Made by a program: the position numbers and the translations under genes. A model generated the notes under the pieces. It worked only from the letters and a program-made list of their open reading frames with translations. It searched no databases and was not told the DNA's origin. Positions 36,786 to 39,282 of a DNA stretch of 39,282 bases are shown piece by piece. The DNA is from an uncultured Methanosarcinales archaeon. Its GTDB lineage: Archaea; Nanobdellota; Nanobdellia; Woesearchaeales; UBA12501. The stretch is from NCBI GenBank assembly GCA_964397315.1, contig CAYNHV010000011.1:1-39282 (forward strand). Reading direction: 5' to 3'. How positions within the stretch are numbered: the first letter of the stretch is position 1; every line of letters begins with the position of its first letter.

Positions 36786-38477
36786 TTACCTATGCCCATA
36801 CCAGAACACCAGCCTGTTGCCCTCTTCCCTGTCAAGCCTGCAGAAGCCAAAGCGCTCAAGCTGGACTATGTCTCCTGTCTTCAGCTTTCTCATGGCCTCC
36901 TCGCCAAGGCCTGTCCTCCTGCTGCTGTCAGGCATCACAACCTCAACCTCAAAAAGATCATCCTTTTTCCCTGCCGGAAGCCAGTGTATTATCCTCTTTC
37001 CCTCTATCTTGTAGTTCTCATACTCAAGAGAGTCAAAAACAAGCTTGTCCCCTTTTTTCCTGAAATTAAGGCAGTCCATCAGCCTGACAAGCTCGCCCTC
37101 CTTTGCGCTCTCAAGATCCTGTTTTGAAATGAAGAATTTCTCTCCTGTCATGAACCCGCGCCCCCCTTTTCTGCTGTCAGGGTGCAGGTCAAGCTCCACG
37201 CTCTGTTCAGGCGCGCCCTCTATGACAGCCTCCACAGGCTGCTCCACAAAGAAATGCCTCTCTGCATGAGGGTCTATCAGCTCCTTGTTATAGGCATTCA
37301 GGGCCTTGAAGAACTCTTCCATAGCAACCTTCTTGTCAGCGAGGGTCACCCCTACCTCAACAGCGTATCTCCTGAAAGCTCCGGGCTGGTAGCCTCTTCT
37401 TCTGAGGGCTTTCAGGAAAGGCAGCCTGATGTCATCCCATCCCGAATACCTGCCTTTCTCAATAAGCTGCCTTGTCTCTGAGGATGAGAGGTTAAGCCCG
37501 AGAAAGTTTATCCTGCCCACGAACTGCGTCTGCGGGACAAACCATCCCATTGCGTGCTGTATGTACTCCTGCCTCCTGGCATTGTCAGCGTGGTCCTTTG
37601 CCCTGAGCACATGGGTTATTGCCCCATCATAATCATCGCATGCGACAGAGAAGTTCATGAGAGGCCACACCCTGTACTTCCTGCCCTGCCTTGGATGCTC
37701 CTCCTCGCTTATCCTGGCAAGGGGGAAGTCCCTCATTGCGGGATTCTTGTGTTTCATGTCTGTCTTGAATCTCAGCACAGCCTCGCCCTCCATGAACTTT
37801 GTGAACATCAGCTTCCACAGCTCTGCGTTTCTCTCAGGGGTGTTTTTCCTGCATGGGCATTCCTCCTTCCTCTTTGAGAATCCCCTGAAATCCTCAGCGC
37901 TGCAGGTGCAGACATAAGCGTGGCCCCTGTCTATCATCTCAAGTGCGTGATTGTAGTAGCTCTCAATATTGTCAGACTGAATTATTACCTGGGAGATGGA
38001 ATCCTCTGAAAGCCATTCTGCATCCTCAGGAATCATGGAATACGCGTCAGGATCTATGTTCGCGGGGTTTGTGTCAGCTATCCTCAGTATGAGCTTTCCA
38101 TTGTATTTACTGCAGTACTCTGCATTCAATGAGAGCACGTATGAATGCCCTATATGGAGGGAGCCTGAAGGAGACGGCTCAAACCTCATCATGATATTTC
38201 TTTCTGTGTTTTTCAGCTCAGGAAGGCTTTTTTTCTCCTCTTTCCTCTCCTCAAGCATTTCAGGAGCGTTCTTTTTCAGCTCTTCCTCTATCCTCTCCTT
38301 TGGAAGCGCGTTGACCTCATCCACAACCTCTTTTATGGTTTCTTTCAGGCCCTGAATATCCTTCTTAAGCTCAGGACACTCCCCAAGAATCTTCCCGAGT
38401 ATCCTCCCTGGCTCGGCCTTTCCATATTTCAGTGCATTAAGAAGCACGTGCTTTCTTGCAGCTTTCCTTGCCTCCAT
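36786..38477 (-). CDS. gltX: Glutamate--tRNA ligase (archaeal type)
   Basis: RFEPSPSGSLHIGH, LRIADTNP, Cys zinc motif, archaeal N-terminal domain, GWDDIRLP and QLERFGFCRLD. Confidence 0.97.
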   Translation of the reverse strand: MEARKAARKHVLLNALKYGKAEPGRILGKILGECPELKKDIQGLKETIKEVVDEVNALPKERIEEELKKNAPEMLEERKEEKKSLPELKNTERNIMMRFEPSPSGSLHIGHSYVLSLNAEYCSKYNGKLILRIADTNPANIDPDAYSMIPEDAEWLSEDSISQVIIQSDNIESYYNHALEMIDRGHAYVCTCSAEDFRGFSKRKEECPCRKNTPERNAELWKLMFTKFMEGEAVLRFKTDMKHKNPAMRDFPLARISEEEHPRQGRKYRVWPLMNFSVACDDYDGAITHVLRAKDHADNARRQEYIQHAMGWFVPQTQFVGRINFLGLNLSSSETRQLIEKGRYSGWDDIRLPFLKALRRRGYQPGAFRRYAVEVGVTLADKKVAMEEFFKALNAYNKELIDPHAERHFFVEQPVEAVIEGAPEQSVELDLHPDSRKGGRGFMTGEKFFISKQDLESAKEGELVRLMDCLNFRKKGDKLVFDSLEYENYKIEGKRIIHWLPAGKKDDLFEVEVVMPDSSRRTGLGEEAMRKLKTGDIVQLERFGFCRLDREEGNRLVFWYGHR

Positions 38478-38551
38478 ACCCTGGCTGTTTTGCAGGAGTA
38501 TTTTTAAATATTGTGAAACTTTTCCCGCGCTCAGGCCAGTAATGCGCCATC

Positions 38552-38568
38552 AAAAGATTTATAAACAA
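38552..38568 (+). promoter_or_regulatory. Archaeal BRE/TATA promoter of the histone gene
   Basis: AAAAGATTTATAAAC about 60 nt upstream of the ATG. Confidence 0.55.
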
Positions 38569-38626
38569 GCCTTGAAATATCAGAGCTTATAAGAGCATAT
38601 AATAAAAATCACAGGAGGGGTATCAA

Positions 38627-38845
38627 ATGGGCCAGAGACGTGCTACCATGATTCCAAAAGCGCCGGTAGGCAGGATTCTCACGAGAGCGGGAGCCAAGAG
38701 AGTGTCTGCTGATGCAATGGATGTTTTTGCTGATGTGCTGCAGGACATATCTGTTGAGATTGCAGAGAAGGCATCAAAGATAGCCAAGCATGCAGGCAGG
38801 AAGACAGTCCAGGAAGAGGACATAAAGCTTGCTGCAAAGAAATAG
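38627..38845 (+). CDS. Archaeal histone (HMf/HTk-like nucleosomal type)
   Basis: IPKAPVGRIL..AGAKRVS.DA ... HAGRKTVQEEDIKLA; GGAGG RBS. Confidence 0.95.
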   Translation: MGQRRATMIPKAPVGRILTRAGAKRVSADAMDVFADVLQDISVEIAEKASKIAKHAGRKTVQEEDIKLAAKK

Positions 38846-38986
38846 TAAAACCTGGCCGCAAGAGCCGCCAAACTTCAGGGTTCGCGGCCCTTAAGATGAA
38901 GGTGCTACAAATATCAGTCCGAGAGCATTAGCCTCGCGTTCTTGATAATCATATTCTTCTTACAAAAGCAAAGGGTTATCCCTTTT

Positions 38987-39162
38987 GTCAAAAACCACCG
39001 GTCAGAGACCGGTGGCATGAAGCGAAAGCTTCATTCTCATTCTTTATTGACCTGTGGTTTTTGAGCATGCTCAGAAATATACCCTCTGCGGATATGCCTT
39101 TGTGGACTTTGTCCACTGGTTAAATAAACCAGTGGTATATTTCTGACATATAAACCATCACA
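38987..39162 (+). other. Structured non-coding element resembling the 5' domain of HEARO/omegaRNA (IS200/IS605-type end), followed by a long inverted repeat
   Basis: GTCAA..TTGAC closes a perfect 9-bp hairpin and a 7-bp GAAA-tetraloop hairpin. Perfect 13-bp inverted repeat at 39071-39083/39134-39146. Confidence 0.5.
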
Positions 39163-39282
39163 ACCTTTTCATGAAAGGAAGGGCTAATGTGCGCAGATGG
39201 ATGGGGGACGTTGGAACATCCCAACCAAAGGGCTCCCCAGAAACCCCCTATATAAAAAACCATAAGTTTCCCATTTCTTTAG

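Overview
Archaeal genomic DNA, probably from a DPANN lineage such as Woesearchaeota. This is inferred from gene content and from TATA/BRE promoters with GGAGGTGA-type RBS; it was not searched. The left 26 kb is almost all on the minus strand. It holds a truncated NFACT/Rqc2 gene, a 1476-aa Cys-rich membrane-anchored surface protein and an archaeal type IV pilus locus: two TadB/C-like membrane proteins, a secretion ATPase, four pilin-like proteins and a ~3300-aa mosaic surface protein. The right part has a geranylgeranyl reductase-prenyltransferase fusion, a run of uncharacterised membrane and coiled-coil genes, a ZIP transporter, gltX and two different histones, one of them missed by the ORF track. 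The most unusual signals are: (i) a 474-aa segment of the giant protein that starts with Cys, ends His-Asn|Thr and appears inserted into another domain, like an intein but with no recognisable Hint motifs; (ii) a ~400-500 bp structured non-coding element in three copies, two of them inverted around a ~6.6 kb cassette, next to a ~42-bp tandem array; (iii) an orphan HEARO/omegaRNA-like structure at the right end.
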